Positions 36,481 to 51,084 are shown, numbered from the stretch's first letter. The stretch: DNA of 64,000 bases from Bugula neritina (GCA_964035545.1 OZ037769.1:4631929-4695928), one strand, 5' to 3'. Made by a program: numbers and translations. Notes: a model not told the origin generated them from the sequence alone.

Positions 36481-39400
36481 CTATTTTGGTACAAGAAGGT
36501 GAAGTTGTTCAGGGTCTTCTCTAATTGTAGAAGCGGGTATCGGGATTCCCGCCCTCATCAGCTCAGCAGCAACAGACACCATAGGATCCCAGGCTAGACT
36601 CGCAACAGCTATACATTTGTCATCTCTAAAAACATGACTATAATACATGTGTGGTATGGTATAGCGTATAGTGTGACAATATAAACTACATTGTGCTCAA
36701 TATTTTTATTGGCAAACAATGTTACATTAGTTTTAAATTGCAGGTCTCAATTATCCAACACAACGTACTGTGAACCATGACATTGTCAATGACAGCGGAT
36801 GCTGCCTGTAACGTTGAAGTTATAATTATGCACAAATAACATAGCATCTCTGCCCTGGCTTACTAGGAAATGTATAGTAAGATTTCTGCATTCTCATGGA
36901 CTAACTGAGTTGATTGAAAAATTGGAATATCAATGTTGGCAAAATTCTACAAGCCACAAGTGAATAAACAATCCAACAGTGAAACTTGTAAGGAAAATAT
37001 AAAGTAGTATTCAAAGTAACCTGATGATTAAACCAACATAGTAGTGAGAACACAACAAGAACACTGGGCAAACAAATAAGTTACCTTTAAATTGTGCATC
37101 CTTTTAATAAAACTTGTAAACAATAAGTAGAACGAGAAAACTTACCTGACAAAGAAAGCTACAAACTTGGAGGATTCGCCATGGAATACAATTTCATCTT
37201 CTTTTGCGTTACCAAAACCTTTAAAAGTAGAAAAATGACTAAATAGTTTCATTGAAATCAAAGCTAGTAGAGTAGGCATCATGGAACCTTTCCAAAAGGA
37301 TTATTCTAAGAATTCACTCCTTTTGAGATATTAAAACAGATATGAAATATATTTCATATTTAAAGATACTAACTTAGATATATCAACCCTGAGTTTACCA
37401 ACTCAATTAAATAAAATATTTGCCATCTTTTCCAAAAAGTCAGTAAAAACCTGAAGTGTCTGGTACAATTTCTTCACTCAACAGTATCAATATTTCCACC
37501 ATAAATATTACATGAAAACTTCCAATCACATTTATTACATCATACCACACAACTTGGGAAATGCTGGTAGAACATTTTTCATTGGCTCCAACAAATCTCA
37601 ACAAAAACAGCTTCAACACAGATGGGCAAACCAAACGGAATACCGACACACTTTATCATGCAGTATTAAGGTATTCATATATAGCTTAGCTACCATTTAA
37701 AAACATCTCCGATCTATAATAAACTTTGTGCTCAAGCTGATGACGTTTTCAGTAATATAAAACTTTTATTAACTATTGCTGACTTTCATTGCATGATATT
37801 CTTACCTGCTGCACACACTGCACACACCTTTAAACTTAAAAGTTTAAAGGTCAAACTCTAGACTCTAGAGCATACAACTTTCAAACAGCCTAAGAATGCC
37901 AGCTAAGAAATATATACATATTTTAACACCCCACAAATGAAGTGTGCCAGGGATTCCTTGAAACATTAACATTTATTTTAGACTTTTTCCTTTCAGCCTT
38001 GAAAAGTTACTCTATCTTTTGCATACATACCGCAGTATCTAAATGATTTTCCAAACACGGCTGTCCAGAAGTAAGGCACACTTTTCAAGGGTTCCTCTTT
38101 AAAACACATGTTCATTCCTGCAGATTTACCTAAAAACACATTATTTGGTTGTTTTAACAAATCAAATCAGTTGGAAGATTTACAGGTGTTTGAATCATTG
38201 TAAACTATTATGAATAGGATTAAGAAAAAAAGTATAGTATAGTAAAAAGTTATGAAGATGATTAAGAAATAAAATATAAAAATAACTTCAATTAGTGCCA
38301 AGCCATTTTTTATGTTTAAATCTTTTTGACAGACCAATTAAGTAAATGTAGAGCTCTTTAATAGTATGAAAAGCAGAAGAAGACTTTTAGGGACAACAAC
38401 TCAAATTTTGTAAAATTTTTGAAGTTGAAAGATTTTACTCAAAGTGCAATTTATGAAGTTTAGTGTAAGATACACTCGCTATTTTATAAAATGCTTTCAA
38501 GCATTGCACTTTTAAATTTAAACACAAAAATGAATCCACAAAAATTAGGTTAATAAAAAAATTCCCAAGGATCCAAAGGTAATGTAATAATTACAAAAAT
38601 ATTTTTATTACATAAGCCAGACGACCAAGTAAATTAAATACCATCATTACACCATTTAAACACTATGCAACATATCTACCATGGGACAGGGCCATCTGGT
38701 AGTGGCCTACATTCACGAGTCTGTCACCATCTATGAAGAGTGGAAACGTTGTACAGTCGCCGGCTGCATGTATGTTGTCTATATTCGTCTTGTTATATTT
38801 GTTCACAATTATGTGGCCTCTCTCTGAGAGCTTCACTCCCGAGTCTTTCAGCCACTCGGTGTTGGGCAACACACCTACATAAACCAGTAATATAAACAAA
38901 ATATATAGTACGAGTATCATGAAACAAGAAAACCTCTAGGAATGCCGGAACTAATATGATACGCTTGGTTAAATAAGGATATAATTGATTCAAGAGCTAA
39001 AGGTTTAAGCCCTGGTGGCAGAAGAAATATTTTCACTGTTTATGGGCAACCTCAATTATAACTTTTATGTTTTATTGGTTGGGAACCATAGCTTAAGTTC
39101 CAGAGAAACATTACATATAATAATATTCTTATTACTAATGTTAGTATTGAGGTGACACTCAGTATAAGCAGCTGTGAAGTTAGCTGTGACAGTATAGAGC
39201 AAATAATTGAAGTTTTGATACAAGCAGAGGTTAGATGCAGCTGCGAATAGTCAGTACACTATGCTGGAAACACTCTGTAATGCTGTGGCAGTCACCAATC
39301 ACAAAGGCAAAAGTGTAGCAAGTGTAGCAGTACAATACTTTTCAACCTGCTTGTTCCTAAAAAGCAATGCTTGCATAAAATAGAAAATTACTAAATCTGA

Positions 39401-42400
39401 AATCACAAACATTACTGTAGCGACTAGGCAGTTAGTGTGGGGTAGAGACAGTGCTGATAGAACTATATAGATAGACGAGATAGAGTTACAGCGTATGCAG
39501 CTAGCTAATAGTCCAACATGGTGTATATGAGAAATAGAAGTAGTATCTTACCACGCAAATATTATTCTGAAATATTAGAAACTGGTTAGCTTCAAGAGAC
39601 AATAGCTAACCAGTAGCGGAGCTTCTACACTGGGCATAGAAAGTCCAGCATAAACATCTGTGTTTGACCAATACATATGGTTGACTAGTATAAAGGGACT
39701 TGGGCTAGCTCTACGCTGCACCTGCAGACATTCTTCAGACTCATCAACTGATGTCAATAGGTCAACAGTTAAGCTTGCCCTAACTAACTATAAACTAATT
39801 CATCTCCATAGTTCCTAAGGCTAATATTCCATAGACAGTGGACTCACCATATACACACCCAACACCCTGAGCACATAACACAATAGCAGTTAAAAACTCA
39901 CACACAACCTAAAACTTCAGTAAACTGTTGGCTTAGTAAACACAAAGTCATGGGTTCTATCCCCAGTAAATGCCATTAGCGATGTTGGAAAGAGCATTCA
40001 GTCATAATTGCTCCTGTGCCACATCTGAATAATTCCTTAGCCCAATTTAAAAAAACCCTTTCCATCAGGGGTTCTCACAGGGATAGTGACTATAAACTTG
40101 CCGGAGTTAACACTTTTAGCAACTGATTCGCACTGACTTTACAATTATGTTTGTAGGGTTAGTACAATTGCAGCTGATAGAGATTGCAACCACAAGCAGT
40201 CATGATACCAATACTTTCAGCAGCATATCTGTTGCCTTACCTATGCCCACAACACAAATATCAGCTGCAATCGTCTCCCCTGATGTCAACTTGATTTGTG
40301 TCAGGTTTTCTTCATTCCCAATGAGTTCTTCTACTTCAGAGCTCATTACCAGCTTCACGCCTTTAGATTCACACAGCTGCAAGCACCAAAAAAGGGAACA
40401 AGATGCACTAAATTAAAGTGTGCATGTAAATATATACTAAAGCGGCTGTGAAAGTAATGAAGGTTTAAAATGCCAAGCTTCAAAAATTTTAATATTATAC
40501 ATAAAATAATGTTTCATTTATATAATATATATGAAACGTGTAAAATTGAAGTTTTATTCAGGGAGAAAAATAGAAGAATATTCCAGAATACCTCCATAAT
40601 AATTTTACCAATCTGTTCACCTAGAAGGATGGCAAATGGTATCGCACTTCGTCCAATTACAGTGACGGACTTAGCTTTACCAACAACTGATGCAGCCACC
40701 TCCATGCCTACAAGGGTTCCATAACAATTCTGTTAACTGTTGATTTACTTAGATGTAAATAGATTATTCAGTTTAGCAATATAGTTCAGCAATTTATTTT
40801 AATGGAGATACAGGAAAAAAGAGGGGGATTATGGGTAAACACGAAGCAGGTAACAAAAAGATGTGATATGGAATCTATAAGTATGTAGAGAACATAACTC
40901 CAAAATAGTAATATAAGTAACTGATTTTCACTACATTCAATATTAACCCCATAGGAAGATACACCCACTTGCTTCAACATAATCACAGCAGCCACACGGT
41001 GACTATGATTAGCAACATATGCCGTGACAAAACATCAAATTCTATAACATTGATATTTCATATTAAAATATAAAAATATAGAGTCATAAAAATTCCATTA
41101 TCATTACAATATTTTTATGATCATCACAATAATTGATTGTCATACAGCTACATAGTGTTCCAGCATGCTATATGGAAAAATGAACTTGAAGCATGTCCAG
41201 CTACACCAGAATTAAACTTTCTTATATTAAAATCATCTAGTGAGACCTCATATATTTAAAAGTTGCTCCTTATACCAAAGGGCAAGTTTTATGCAAAAGT
41301 AATATTGAGCACACAACTCCGAACATAACAAATGTGAGTTAATATAAAGAAAATGAGTTTGAAAATGATGCAAATAAATAATAAACATAAAATAAATATA
41401 TAATAAATAAATATAAATACAAATTTACCTATAAAAGAGGAGCCCACAATGACCACATTCTTGCCCTTAGATTTGTTCGCTATTTCATTAGCCTCGGCAG
41501 GTGTGCGCAGGTAGAATACATCTTTACTAAATGTGTTGATACCGGGTTTGTCTAGAGTGATAGGTCTGCTGCCCGTGCATATGGCAGCTTGGTCATACTC
41601 TACGGTGTAGTCCGTCCACTCTCGCCCTCTGAACACCATGTGGTTCATATCCGTGTCCACTGAGAATGCCTGGATTAACGTATTGCATAACGTAATAACG
41701 TAACGTAGTCCATTTACCACTTTCTCCGCAAATAATAATCATCATACAAAATACATAAAGACAGCTCAATAATCTCTGGTGGACAAATGTGACATTACAA
41801 CATACATTTTATTAACTTCTTCGGCAATAAATATTTAGCCATAAAAATATTAAAAAGAAGAGACCATTAATTAATATAAACATAAGTTGAAATAAATGAG
41901 ATGGATTTATTTGTGTAATAGCTGCCAACAAGTTAAATTTTAATAACCACATTATGTTAATTTAAAAAAGAAGTTGTTTGCTCTATGTACTACGTAGACT
42001 AAATAAGAAGACAACTCCGAATTCTACGCACCTCCATTCCTGTCATTATGTGGATATCATAGACATTGTAGAATTCAGTGGGCCGTAGAGCCAAGTCACT
42101 GGCCGTGCTCGTCAGTGCCTGGATAAGTCAACATGTAATTGTAACACAAACAGTACAGTTTCATCCCAGATAGACGCTTCCCAGTTGGATGCAACATAAA
42201 ATACATATATTGTACCAAAATGAATAAATAGCTATGTTGGAAATGTCTAAGTGGAAAATTTAGCCCAGCATCTAAATGGAAGCGTCTATCTAGCATGACA
42301 CCAACAGTACAACCAGTAAGAAAAAAACGTATTTAGTTTAATATAAAATGTCTCTATAACTTTGGAATACATCATCATGTAATGTGTAACACATTTATCG

Positions 42401-43407
42401 CTGAGCAGACACTTTATAAAAAAACAATGAGATATTTCTGTGAGTTGATAAATACTACATGCTTTGGTCTTAGCAAAAGAATGCTGATCGTGACATCATT
42501 TGCTAGAGAGGCTTAGAGTAGATGTGGGTAACCTGACAGCTTAGTACATACTATTTCACACACATGTGGTAGATCTAACAAACACCACCCTTCTTAATCA
42601 GCACATTTCATTAGGGTAGAATAATTCAAAATACATTTGGTATTTGTGCCTTTTTGAAAAAAACAATAACTGCTGATATCTTTTAAATTAGCTAAAGATT
42701 TTTCTAATGTTTAAATGAAAAAAATTTGAGTCAAGAGTAGAAATTTTTACATATAATCCAAACCTAAATTTGCCAGTTACCCAAAACAGCTATAAAATAT
42801 CGATTTTCCAAAATTTAAGTAAGTTGCCTGCTGTTGGACGAGCTAAAAAACTTCTATAATTATTTTCTAGATTATTAAAGAATAACTAAAGACAGAGAAA
42901 ATTATATCGAGAAATTATGTTATATAAACATATGTCAATCACTAAGAAGGTAGTTTCCAGTTGTCGCTTCAACATATAAATAATCATAAAACATATTTCA
43001 TAGCATCAAAGGTATAGATATCTATAACATTTCAGCATCGGTACCAATGAATTGTGTTTAGAAGAAGGCTTCTTCATTCAATAAACAGAAATGAATTCTT
43101 TTTTGATTCATAAAACATACACACAATAACAGCTATTAGTTTGGTGCTAGCCATAGAACCAAACAGCATAGACTGTGTACCTTGCTGAGTTTAGTTCTGT
43201 CATAGGGTGGGTCATTCTCCTGAGTTATTATTAGAATCTTTCCTTTATATTCAGCTTGCCTCAAGGACTCTGCACATTCCAATGCTGCTGGACCTAAATG
43301 AATGTATTTAGAGATGTTTCAGCTAATGGAGTACAGAGAGAGGAGGGAGAGAGGGGGAGAGGGGGAGAGGAGGAGAGGGGGGTGAGAGGAGGTAGAGAGA
43401 GGGGGGT

Positions 43408-43441
<34 letters not shown>

Positions 43442-46400
43442 AGAGAGAGGGAGAGAGAGAGAAGGGGGGAATGCAACTGTGCAGACAGCTGTCTCGCATG
43501 TATCAAGTTCAAGGTTGAATGAGTCATTGATGATGTCACCATATTATCAGTTACTTGAAAGAATTATATAATTGAACGAAAATCTCAGCAAAATTCCTCA
43601 CAAAACTAAAATTTAAAGAAGTTTAAGAGCTACATAAATAAATATTAAAATTTGAAATATAATAGCCACCAATTAAATACAGTTACTCTTTACAGTTTTC
43701 ATTGATGAGACTTCATTAGACTAAGCGTTATTGCAATATTACACAACTGTCCATTTGATCTTTAAAAATACGATCTATTAGGTTTATTCTATTTCTAAGA
43801 CAAAGCAAGGGGGTGTATTACCTCCCCCGACAATAAGATACAGTAGAGTACACTCCAGATCTCTGGTTATCATTGGTTTGACTCTCTTAGTTGAAGACAG
43901 AGCCGCGGTATCTGTGTGTATTTCTACTTTGCCATCTTTCACTTCAACCTGCAGTAATATTCAGACAGAGGCTACTAATACAGTACAGTACCAGCTTATT
44001 CTAATTATAACTTAGAGTAACTCAAGTTTATTGCCTAAAAAAAGAAATACAAATTGAACTGCAGATTTCGACAAAATAATTAGCAAAATTTTGTGCTATT
44101 TCAGTCTGAGGCGTATAGCACAAATATTAATGAGAAAAAAAGTTGAACACATCTTTCACACAGTAAAAAGTGGTACTTAGAAAAAAGCAGCCGTGGTCTA
44201 GAGGTTAGTAAATAAAAGGTCAGTAGTTTGAAACCCAGTAAAGGCCATTGGTGATGTTAGGAAGAGCATCCAGTCACAATTGCTCCTTTGCCTCAATAGA
44301 GAAAAAAAGTCCTTAGTCTGCATTAAAAACCCATTTTCCATCAGATGTCCTCATAGAGATAGTGATTATAAACTTTCGTGAGTGAATTTATAGGTACTGC
44401 AAAATCGTGTGCTAAAGAGTAGATATAAACAGTACTACAGTGTACTAGAGAGTAATATAAACAGTACTACAGTGTACTAGAGAGTAATATAAACAGTACT
44501 ACAGTGTACTAGAGAGTAATATAAACAGTACTACAGTGTACTAGAGAGTAATATAAACAGTACTACAGTGTACTAAAGAGTAATATAAACAGTACTACAG
44601 TGTACTAGAGAGTAATATAAACAGTACTACAGTGTACTAGAGAGTAATATAAACAGTACTACAGTGTACTAGAGAGTAATATAAACAGTACTACAGTGTA
44701 CTAGAGAGTAATATAAACAGTACTACAGTGTACTAGAGAGTAATATAAACAGTACTACAGTGTACTAAAGAGTAATATAAACAGTACTACAGTGTACTAA
44801 AGAGTAATATTAACAGTACTACAGTGTACTAGAGAGTAATATAAACAGTACTACAGTGTACTAGAGAGTAATATAAACAGTACTACAGTGTACTAGAGAG
44901 TAATATAAACAGTACTACAGTGTACTAAAGAGTAATATAAACAGTACTACAGTTTATTAGAAAGTAATATAAACAGTACTACAGTGTATTAGAGAGTAAT
45001 ATAAACAGTACTACAGTGTACTAAAGAGTAATATAAACAGTACTACAGTGTACTAGAGAGTAATATAAACAGTACTACAGTGTACTAGAGAGTAATATAA
45101 ACAGTACTACAGTGTACTAGAGAGTAATATAAACAGTACTACAGTGTACTAGATAGTAATATAAACAGTACTACAGTGTACTAGAGAGTAATATAAACAG
45201 TACTACAGTGTACTAGATAGTAATATAAACAGTACTACAGTGTACTAGAGAGTAATATAAACAGTACTACAGTGTACTAGATAGTAATATAAACAGTACT
45301 ACAGTGTGCTAGAGAGTAATATAAACAGTACTACAGTGTACTAGATAGTAATATAAACAGTACTACAGTGTACTAGAGAGTAATATAAACAGTACTACAG
45401 TGTGCTAGAGAGTAGATAATCCTAGATATTTCAACATCAACACCACCTCAAAGGATTGCAGAGAATCCAGTCCCGGGAAATCTTCAATGTCTCCGGTAGC
45501 TAAATCAAAACACGCCCCGTGCCACGGGCATCTGACCCGACCTTGACATAGTGCACCTACAATATCACAGGCTATATGTGAAGAACAGAACACAACTATA
45601 TGCTATGCATTTAAACAATAGGGAGTTATGTTATCTTCACAGGTTGATATTCTATGTATCAGTGATACTAAATTACTTTAGCTCTCTAAATACAACAGAA
45701 CATTAAACTTAAGGAGCTGAATATAACGTTCTGTTATATTCAGCTCCTTTAAATATATCAGTTAGTGGTTTTTGGAACACAAAGCAATATTAAAGGAATA
45801 GTTTCAAGTTTTACAATCTTCTAATGAGTGAGAAATTTTGAAAAGACACAGAGATATTTAAAGTAAGTGAAGAGATAAATTGCTCTCACACCTTTGGCAA
45901 GAGAAGCACCGAAATGAGTACACTTAGAGCTCAATGCATAGTAAGCTCCTTGATCTCTCGCAACAAGAACTTTCTGACCTTCAACTTCTACTTCCTTCAT
46001 CCTACAACATTTAGTTACTCTGTCACAGGTGGGAGGTGGAGAAGACCGAAATGTTTGGTGGACTGAGTTTCAGAATGCTCTCAAAAGATTTAGTAATCAC
46101 TAAAAAATATTCTCTCTAGAAAAACTTCCTAAGAAGATTTAAATAAAGTCAAAGAGTGAATAGATTTTTACATCCAATTTGTAATCATACATTTACAAGA
46201 ACAGAGCAGAGTTGTATATTCAAATGCAAAACTTAGCACGATGAATGAATGAGTAATTGTTTAGTAGAGAGAGGAAATTCTGAATGAGCCTGTTTCTACA
46301 GGTCAAGTTGTGGAACACTTAGAAAAGAGACATAATAATATTTATCCAAAACTAAAGGTACCCTTATACACTTAAGTGTGGCCATTATTCTAACAAAGCT

Positions 46401-49400
46401 CATATTCTTAACAAAACTAACTTATTTAACAAAATCATAATAAAGTGTCACTTTTCACAGCTAATCTCTTTGATGAAATTATAAAAAAGTATGAATTATA
46501 TGGGAAAAGTTTACAAAAACTAATTATCTTTAACAAGATATGGAACATGTGTAAACTTGAAATAAACACAAAACTTAAAATTATGTAATATTCCACTGTC
46601 TGTGTGTTAAGTAGTATACACATGGCAAGACAATTACTTTCTTTATAAAATTCCCTCTTTTTTCTATATAAACTGTTTACACTACATTAAATCAATTAAA
46701 AATTGATGGAAAGAATAGCCTGGCAATAAATAAATGCAATATTGCATATCAGTGATACTGCAATGCTAGCATTTTACTTTCTAATAAACATGAGTGTAGA
46801 ATATCATAGAACTCACTGGCCATCTTCCAGATCATTATATTCACATATCACTTGGTGCACAGGCTTGGATTTTATCTCAGCTGGATCTGGTATTGGTTTA
46901 TTATCTGCTGCCTTCTGCTTTGAAGATGCTGACTTGCCTGACGAGGCAGCTTTGTTGTCTACATCCACAGTAGAATATTTATAACTCAAAACAATGAAGA
47001 TTTTCCTACATAAATGAGCTTTATTTCATTTAACATTTAATGATTTGGTAGCAGAAAACAAACTAAAGAACCGTCTAAGTTGGTACTCTAACCACACACA
47101 TCACTCTACTTACTTGCCTTTTTCTAATGTCTTAATGTTCCAAGTATATGTTCTGGTTGAATAGTCAAGATATTTGAAAATACCATTATTCTATCGTGTA
47201 CCTAAGGCTATTTATTACAATGAATAAAAAACAAAACTTTGGAAAATAAACTCTTTGATTTGAATCGATTGTGAGAAATTATTATCGAGGAGAGAAAACA
47301 CTAGAAGTCACTATATAAGATACTGTCACCAAAAGAAAGGCACACCAAATGGTAGATTTAGCATCACGCAACATATAGCAATCATTGACATTAAGAACAG
47401 ACAAAATAAAATTTTAGATCACATTATAAAAGCCGTTGAAATAGCATCCCAAAAGGATACCTTTGAAACTTCATTAAGAAATTCAATTTTGCAGAAGTTC
47501 ATAGTATTGGCTAGCCTGTATGCATAAAGTACAAAATATATTCTGTTTTTCAATAATAGTTCCAGACTAAAATTGATCAATAAATGCGTTGATACTTATA
47601 GTAAATGAAGATGCAAGAAAATCGTGATGCTATGATAGTGTCAAATATTACATTGTATACAGCACAGGCGTGACAAATCTTTTTCAAATAAATTACAGTA
47701 TATGAAGTCAACGACACTGATAATCATGTAACACCAGCTATTCTCATCATGTCAGCGAGCTGGCCTTAGTAATTACAGTGTCACGTGTCAAGTATGTTAC
47801 ATCTTAGCCTAATTTCTTGATTCTATGATAAAATATCTTGTCTGATTTGAAATTTCGAATATTGTACCCTAATATGGGAGTATAGACTGCTTTGTATTGT
47901 TTTCAGTCGTCTCTAGTAATCATCACAATTAGGAATGTGAGCAGTAACCGTGACAGTGCATTTTTTTTTCACAATGAAAAGTAATAAAGCAAAGTGGAAG
48001 TAGGGATGGTTGGTTGGCAATAACAGCATCTGCCAAGTAAACTACCTACTGTTCATTTAAAGGCTCTATCCCTGTGAGAATAAGGTTTTTGATACTGAGC
48101 CAAGGGTTTTGTTAATTGCTGTGGCACAAGAGCATTCAAGTCTTGTAAATGTTACCAATGGCCCTGCTGGGATTGAGCCAATGACGTAATGCCTACCAGG
48201 ATTTGAACCAATGACATAACATCTACCAGGATTTGAGTCAATGAGGTTGTTCCTACCAAGAGTTGAACCAATCACCAACAGCCTTACTAGGATTTGAACC
48301 AATCACATAGCAAGCACTAGGTCAGCAAGAAGTCCTGAACCAGGTTACGTTACCTTGAACAACTCCATTTCCATCAGCAGCATTACTGGAGCTGTTTCCC
48401 ATATTGTCTTTCTCTCCCCCAGCTGTGGTTAAATCCACTGTAACAGAATACCAAGATATGAAACACGCAGAGTACAATCTTGAAGCACCAATATCAGGCA
48501 CAGGGTGTGATAAGAAGACCATGATGAGCAGAAGTTGAGTCACATGACCTCTGTTTCCATGACAACAATACCAGGAAGCATAATATACAAACACGTAATC
48601 AGTACATTAAACAGCTTGAAAGTTGTACATGCTAACTGGACATTAGAAAAAGAGACAAGGGAATTGAGATATACTTGTGTATTCAAACTAAAACGTTGTT
48701 ATTGAAAATCACACTTTCATGACAGTATCAAGAGTTAATTAATCTTGTGATAAGATGGCGTGGGAGAAGTTAGTGACATTAGGTTGTACTGATCACCAAC
48801 TATGATACAACCAAGCGCACTAATATAGACGTTTTAGAATTCAGTGTAGTAGATAAATTTAATTTCAACATCAAAACAACGAAATGAAAGAATATTAAAA
48901 ATATAATATACAAAAAACAATAGACAGAAGAAAAGCTAGAGGTATATTAAATGCTTTCTGCAACTTTGTTATTAACAACCTGATATCTTACTGCTTTTAA
49001 CCCAAACGTTTTTGTGCAATAGTCGCATACAATAAAAAGTTAATTTAAAAAAATTAAGACACTAACTCTTGAAATTCTTGTTTAAACTTGCACAATATAT
49101 TATGTGCAAGAGACTCTCTTATATGTAATAGGATTTATGATTTTGATAACTATATGTATACCAAGTAGAATCGGTGATCTTAGGATCTGTGATAACATAC
49201 AAAGTGCTATATAGTGGAAGACATTTAACCCTTTGTAATATTTTAACCCATAAATGTTACAGCCAAAACAATGACCTATCAGAAAGTTTTATAAAAATGC
49301 TGAATTTGAAACACGACGCCTGTTTTTAAAACATGTATTTAATTGGTGACAAAACATTTTAAAAATTCCAATTTAAAATTGTTAATTTTCAATTTTTTTC

Positions 49401-50448
49401 AAAAACGGAAAATTCAAATATATTTTCATTCCCAAAAAGGACAATTTTAGAAATGATAGTTTTGAAATTGTCATTTATATATGAATTATAAATGGCTTCA
49501 ATAATTCATTCCATTTTTTATTAAGCAGTTATTAGTTATTTAATAACTTTTTGTGGTAAATGTTTAAGTTTACATGTTTCCCAGAGTCAAGCTTTATTCA
49601 AATAGATAAAATTCAATTATGACTATTCCAAAAAGTAATATGTTTTTATTTTAATCAATTCTTATTTATTATGATAAATCATTTTAGAAAATAATAAATA
49701 TCAGCCAATCACTAAAAAATGCATAATTTAGTTTGACCACAACATATTAATAAAAAATAACGAAAACTAAAATTATGCCAATTAATTAGCAAAACTGATT
49801 ATAATTATTTAAAAAATATAACATTTCAAGTCTAAACCAGTAATCATCAAAAGGAAACTTTTAATAAGGTTGTTTACAAAAGCTGGGGATTAACTAAATC
49901 ATACCAAAGTTGACTGTACTTGCTTTACAGGTAATACTCTGATAGACAATATAACTGTTAGGAAGCTGAATACTAATCAAAATCACCTCCGAACTACCTT
50001 TACCCATTAAATTATGGCTACAACTGTTCTATCTAGCAGATCAATATGAAATATGGCAAAAGAAAAAAAGTCAAATAATATTAGTCAATTTTGCTTACTA
50101 ATACTATTTTCGCATTAAGATTTCCATTTATCGCTTTCTAATAAAAATCCAAATGCAGCTATTACAAAACATTTGTGTCTTTCTTTTCATAAAGCAAAAA
50201 ATTGAATTAATTAGCACATGAAAGTTAAAATTCAGCAAGCTATTCCAGTAGTTATTCTACAGCCCCTTATAAAACATAAATAAGCAAAACCATTATAAGG
50301 AAGTGCAGAAGCCAACATTTTAGAACAGAATAGAATATCATAAAATAAAATTAGTTATAAGGCAGTGAAAGCATAACATAATGAGAATATGGAGAGCGGA
50401 CAAATCACCAAACTTACCCTTCCCTTTCTTACCACAAGTGTTACCCAT
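36481..50448 (-). CDS. AIFM3: Apoptosis-inducing factor 3-like protein (Rieske 2Fe-2S plus FAD/NAD-dependent reductase), ~574 aa
   Basis: In-frame exons 50448-50418, [48422 or 48402-48354 optional/alternative], 46958-46817, 46001-45892, 45556-45447, 43948-43822, 43293-43181, 42118-42032, 41669-41429, 40707-40592, 40376-40241, 38874-38680, 38129-38031, 37218-37146, 36625-36481. Motifs CTHFGASL and CPWHGACF (Rieske), IVGGGPAA, PYDRTKLSK, VGSSFIGMEVA, AAGDC and VPYFWT. Confidence 0.92.
39915..40100 (+). mobile_element. tRNA-derived SINE (family 2)
   Basis: GTCATGGGTTCTATCCCCAGTAAATGCCATT...GAAAGAGCATTCAGTCATAATTGC...TTCTCACAGGGATAG. Confidence 0.75.
43335..43470. repeat. Purine-rich (GA)n/G-rich tract
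   Basis: Seen directly. It forms a long polypyrimidine tract on the AIFM3 sense strand upstream of the exon at 43293. Confidence 0.9.
44185..44378 (+). mobile_element. tRNA-derived SINE (family 2)
   Basis: GCAGCCGTGGTCTAGAGGTTAG...GTTAGGAAGAGCATCCAGTCACAATTGC. Confidence 0.75.
44408..45413. repeat. 32-bp minisatellite, ~31 copies
   Basis: Unit AGAGAGTAATATAAACAGTACTACAGTGTACT, highly homogeneous. Confidence 0.95.
45711..45749. repeat. Short hairpin (17-bp arms), possibly a collapsed TTAA-type MITE
   Basis: AAGGAGCTGAATATAAC-gttct-GTTATATTCAGCTCCTT in TTAA context. Confidence 0.6.
48066..48340 (-). mobile_element. SINE family 2 copy with a five-fold tandem B-box segment
   Basis: Five 30-bp units containing (minus) ATTGGTTCAAATCCTGGTAGG-like sequence, followed by the family-2 tail (TGCTCTTGTGCCACA...TTCTCACAGGGATAG). 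Confidence 0.65.
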
Positions 50449-51084
50449 TCTAGTAAATTTATTTTGGCTGTTCCCTGGAGATAACAGGGAAAAAAGTGCA
50501 CTACTCAAACAACAACATTGTGGGCTAAAGTTACATAGGAAAATGTAGGATCCAAATTAAAAAAAAAATCAAATAATTATTAATTAACTTTTGAGTGTTC
50601 AATATTAATATTTTCAAAGAAATCTAAAGATATAACCAGTGAATTACTAAAGTCTAAACAAAATCATAATTGATATCATTAGTACTACAATTGCCACAAG
50701 TATTAGATTCACTTTTAGCATAACTATCACTATGACTATGGGTATAACATTAAGTTTAACTGCTGATTATTAGTATTACCATTGGCATTATTATTACTAG
50801 CAGCACTACCCTTACTTATTTACTACCAGCACTCACTCAATCACTATTTTTATTACCATTCACCCTAATTTACTAATACTAATAGTAATAGCTATAGTAA
50901 TATTTATATTTGGCTAGGTTTAAAAATAAAAGCAAAGCTAAGTAAAAGACAAAGTAAAACTTAAGCTAAATCAAAATGAAAATCAGAATGAGACCGGGAA
51001 GTATTTTTTCCATGTTTAGGTAAACAAAACCACATTAAATACATTAATAAACCTGTAAGGGCATTTATATTGGGTGAGACTAAC

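Noticed and set aside
44408-45413. 32-bp repeat array as CRISPR
   Set aside because: Head-to-tail repeats with no unique spacers; it is a minisatellite.
48162-48306. CRISPR-like repeat/spacer periodicity
   Set aside because: Eukaryotic intron, spacers of only ~9 bp, degenerate repeats and no cas genes. Explained as a tandem SINE B-box.
49225-49893. Possible piggyBac-like MITE (TTAACCC...GGGATTAA)
   Set aside because: Terminal match too short and imperfect in AT-rich DNA.
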